Part shown: positions 16,208 to 18,512 of the stretch, in pieces
How positions within the stretch are numbered: the first letter of the stretch is position 1
Layout of the letters: each line of letters opens with the position of its first letter
From: Candidatus Altiarchaeales archaeon IMC4
GTDB lineage: Archaea > Altiarchaeota > Altiarchaeia > IMC4
Assembly (NCBI GenBank): GCA_001742785.1
Contig: MCBF01000001.1
Span: 635,664-654,175, forward strand
Direction of reading: 5' to 3'
Length of the DNA stretch: 18,512 bases
The notes under the pieces: generated by a model
Told to the model about the DNA's origin: nothing
Databases searched by the model: none
The model's input: the letters and a program-made list of their open reading frames with translations, nothing else
Position numbers and translations under genes: made by a program

Positions 16208-16577
16208 GGCAGAGGAATATCTGGGGTCCGCACGAGGCAATATGGAAAACGATCGGCTTTATCCCGCGGCGGAAGAGATATTCCGCGCAATCGAAACCGT
16301 TATGGAAGCCCTGCTTTACCTCAACGGTGCGGATAAAATCCGATATTATCTTCGCGGGAAGCAGTTTGTCGGGCGGCTCGCACTCCAGTATCTGATACGG
16401 GATAACTTGCTAAAACAAAGAAAAATATCTAAGCAGGAACACGATTTCTATTTGGCGGCCGCATCCGAGTTGCATCAGGCGGCATACACGTACGGTGCCT
16501 CGTTTGACAAAGAAGAACTTGAAAAACACCTGGAGTGGGCGGAAAATCTGTTTTTCAAGGCAAGGGCGTTACAGTGA
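16164..16577 (+). CDS. HEPN-domain protein (partner of the MNT)
   Basis: Overlaps the MNT gene; KAEEYLGSA...Y..A....FRAIE..MEALL and a final E..L..AE.L helix match the HEPN fold; 137 aa. Confidence 0.8.
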   Translation: MAKNQEDLANWCLIKAEEYLGSARGNMENDRLYPAAEEIFRAIETVMEALLYLNGADKIRYYLRGKQFVGRLALQYLIRDNLLKQRKISKQEHDFYLAAASELHQAAYTYGASFDKEELEKHLEWAENLFFKARALQ

Positions 16578-16583
16578 AACAAT

Positions 16584-17957
16584 ATGGACATCGAGGGTTT
16601 CGCAAGGCGCGGGTTCGGCAGGGGAATGCCTGAAAAAGACATCGTTGAAAAACTGGCAGAATCTATTTTGGATATAAAATTCGATGGAAACCCCGCCGAC
16701 AAAAAGAGGGCAAGACTTCTCGCATCCGCCGTAGTCGATGAGGTCAAAATGACCCTCGGCGGGCGGGACGCTTTCGCCGACACCCTCTTGTCGTTTCCGA
16801 AATCCGGGGTTTCGATGGGCGAGTTCGGGGTCGGCTCGCGCGGGGTCGGCGATTTTATCGTTCACCGCAAAATCGGAAAACTCGCCTCGCTTGGTTCAGC
16901 CGCAGAGGTCGGGCCTGATGCGCAGGATGACGCGGGCGTTGTGAAAACCGCTTCCGGAGATTTCCTAGTGGTCGCGGTTGACGGCACGCACTCCCGCCTG
17001 TCCGAGTACCCTTTTGTCGCGGGGTTCCACGTGGCAAGGGCTGCAATCCGCGACGTCATGGTGAACGGCGCATGGCCTGCCGCCCTGCTTGACGATTTGC
17101 ACCTCTCCGACGACGGCGATATAGGGGCGCTTTTTGATTTCGTCTCCGGGGTTTCGGTTGTTTCGGAACTTACTGAGGTCCCGATTGTTGCAGGCTCGAC
17201 GCTGCGCACCGGCGGGGACATGGTAATCGGGCAGAGGATGGTCTCCTGCGTCGGGTGCGTCGGGGTGCTGAAATCGAGGAGGGAAATAACGCAAAGGAAG
17301 AACGTGCGGGCCGGCGACACAGTCCTGATGACCGAGGGCGCGGGCGGCGGCACGATAGCGACAACCGCGATTTATTCCGGAAACTTTGACGTGGTCAAGG
17401 AAACCCTGAACCTGAACTTCATAAAGGCGGCAAACGCCCTGCTTGATGCGGGGCTGGCCAAAAAGATAGACGCGATGCTCGATGTCACAAACGGGGGCAT
17501 CCGGGGCGACGCCAACGAGGTCTGCGAATCCGCAAAGTGCGGGCTGGTTTTTTACGAAGAGAAGTTGATGAGGCTTGTAAACCCGAATATCCTGAATCTT
17601 CTGAAAAAACTTGACATCGACCCCCTAGGGGTTTCGATTGACGCGCTCATGCTGTTTGTCCGGCCAGAGCATACGGAGGAGATTATGGCAGTGGTTTCAA
17701 AATCCGGCGTCAGGATTGCGGTGGTCGGGGAGGTAACAAAAGGGTGTGAGGCGTTCATAGTTGACGGGGGCGGCAGAAAAAAGAGGCTTGCCCCCTTGTT
17801 CAGGGAGTCTGGTTACACAAAGATAAAAAAACTTGTCGGGGAGAAAACGCCTGCCGACTTTGAAAAGATGAACGCCGCCGTTGAGGGGGCGTATGAAGAA
17901 TCCCTGAAAAAAAGGAAAAGGGTGCTGGAGTACCTAAAAGAGACGATGGTGCCTTAA
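16584..17957 (+). CDS. Archaeal AIR-synthase-related (PurM/HypE/SelD-fold, MJ0640-like) protein
   Basis: SGVSMGEFGVGSRG.GDF, QDDAGVV, VDGTHSRLSEYPF, GSTLR.GGD, DVTNGGIRGD, IDPLGVS.D, PLFRES.YT.IKK. Confidence 0.88.
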   Translation: MDIEGFARRGFGRGMPEKDIVEKLAESILDIKFDGNPADKKRARLLASAVVDEVKMTLGGRDAFADTLLSFPKSGVSMGEFGVGSRGVGDFIVHRKIGKLASLGSAAEVGPDAQDDAGVVKTASGDFLVVAVDGTHSRLSEYPFVAGFHVARAAIRDVMVNGAWPAALLDDLHLSDDGDIGALFDFVSGVSVVSELTEVPIVAGSTLRTGGDMVIGQRMVSCVGCVGVLKSRREITQRKNVRAGDTVLMTEGAGGGTIATTAIYSGNFDVVKETLNLNFIKAANALLDAGLAKKIDAMLDVTNGGIRGDANEVCESAKCGLVFYEEKLMRLVNPNILNLLKKLDIDPLGVSIDALMLFVRPEHTEEIMAVVSKSGVRIAVVGEVTKGCEAFIVDGGGRKKRLAPLFRESGYTKIKKLVGEKTPADFEKMNAAVEGAYEESLKKRKRVLEYLKETMVP

Positions 17958-18008
17958 CTTGTTTTTTAGGTATCCTTCGCAGGATTTAATTTTGGTTTTT
18001 ACGCCACC

Positions 18009-18512
18009 TCAGGGACCTCGCCTATCTGGCATTCCCGCAAGAGTTTCGTTCAGATTCACATCTATCGGTTGCTCGTCCACGTCCTCCGGAGCATCCGGCA
18101 TTTCCTCAAAATATCCACTCATTAACCCCTCCGTACCAGATGCCTCCATGTATTCTCCAATCAAAATCTCAATTTCATCAATCAATTCGGTGGTGGTATC
18201 TGCATAGAAGTACATATTTACGGGCGACTCTATGTCGTCTATGTACATATCAATATGTAATCCAGCAGGTTTTCCTTTGTAGGTTATTTGAAAATCGCGG
18301 GTTTCCATCTCGTCAACCTCAAGCCCGCTGGCCAGATTTACAATATCCGAAACCTCCATTTCAGAAAACCCCTCGTCGATTATTTGAGAGATCATTTTCA
18401 TTACGGGCTCGATGTCTGACGACCCCATCGATGCGGAATATCCATAATTCCCTGCGCCAATTTCGCTCATTAACTCCTCCATCGTCTTGGCGTTTTTTGC
18501 CTCATCCGGAAG
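18009..18512 (-). CDS. Acidic hypothetical protein, probably 5'-truncated by the window edge
   Basis: The ORF frame stays open for 10 more codons (LPDEAKNAKT) to the window end; very D/E-rich; no recognisable motif. Confidence 0.65.
   Translation of the reverse strand, partial: LPDEAKNAKTMEELMSEIGAGNYGYSASMGSSDIEPVMKMISQIIDEGFSEMEVSDIVNLASGLEVDEMETRDFQITYKGKPAGLHIDMYIDDIESPVNMYFYADTTTELIDEIEILIGEYMEASGTEGLMSGYFEEMPDAPEDVDEQPIDVNLNETLAGMPDRRGP

Overview
Archaeal chromosomal window (class I LysRS, Tyw1/Taw1, archaeal GlyA, MJ0640-like AIR-synthase-related protein, a C/D-box sRNA, TATA-type promoters); the lineage cannot be fixed from sequence alone. A GC-richer housekeeping backbone (lysS, PRC-barrel, taw1, lemA/htpX, glyA, queD, DEDDh exonuclease, AIR-synthase-like gene) is interrupted by AT-richer accessory blocks. 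(1) Block 1-5540 holds the 3' part of a large Cys-repeat, lectin-like surface protein, an AAA_14/DUF4143 ATPase and rubrerythrin. These genes are separated by two attC-like integron recombination sites (no integrase in view) and two related arrays of co-varying hairpins. (2) A lone Zn-ribbon/TerB-like/PH-like gene. (3) An MTase-SNase fusion plus MjaI-family endonuclease. (4) A wHTH-MNT/HEPN pair bracketed by a 33-bp duplication of the start of the host gene. The most notable unannotated signals are the attC-like sites, the hairpin arrays, a C/D-box guide RNA predicted to methylate the 23S A-loop U2552 equivalent, the duplication-bounded toxin-antitoxin cassette, and a recurring G/T-rich-left, C/A-rich-right skew around the insertions. 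All family assignments are by eye from motifs; no database searches were run.
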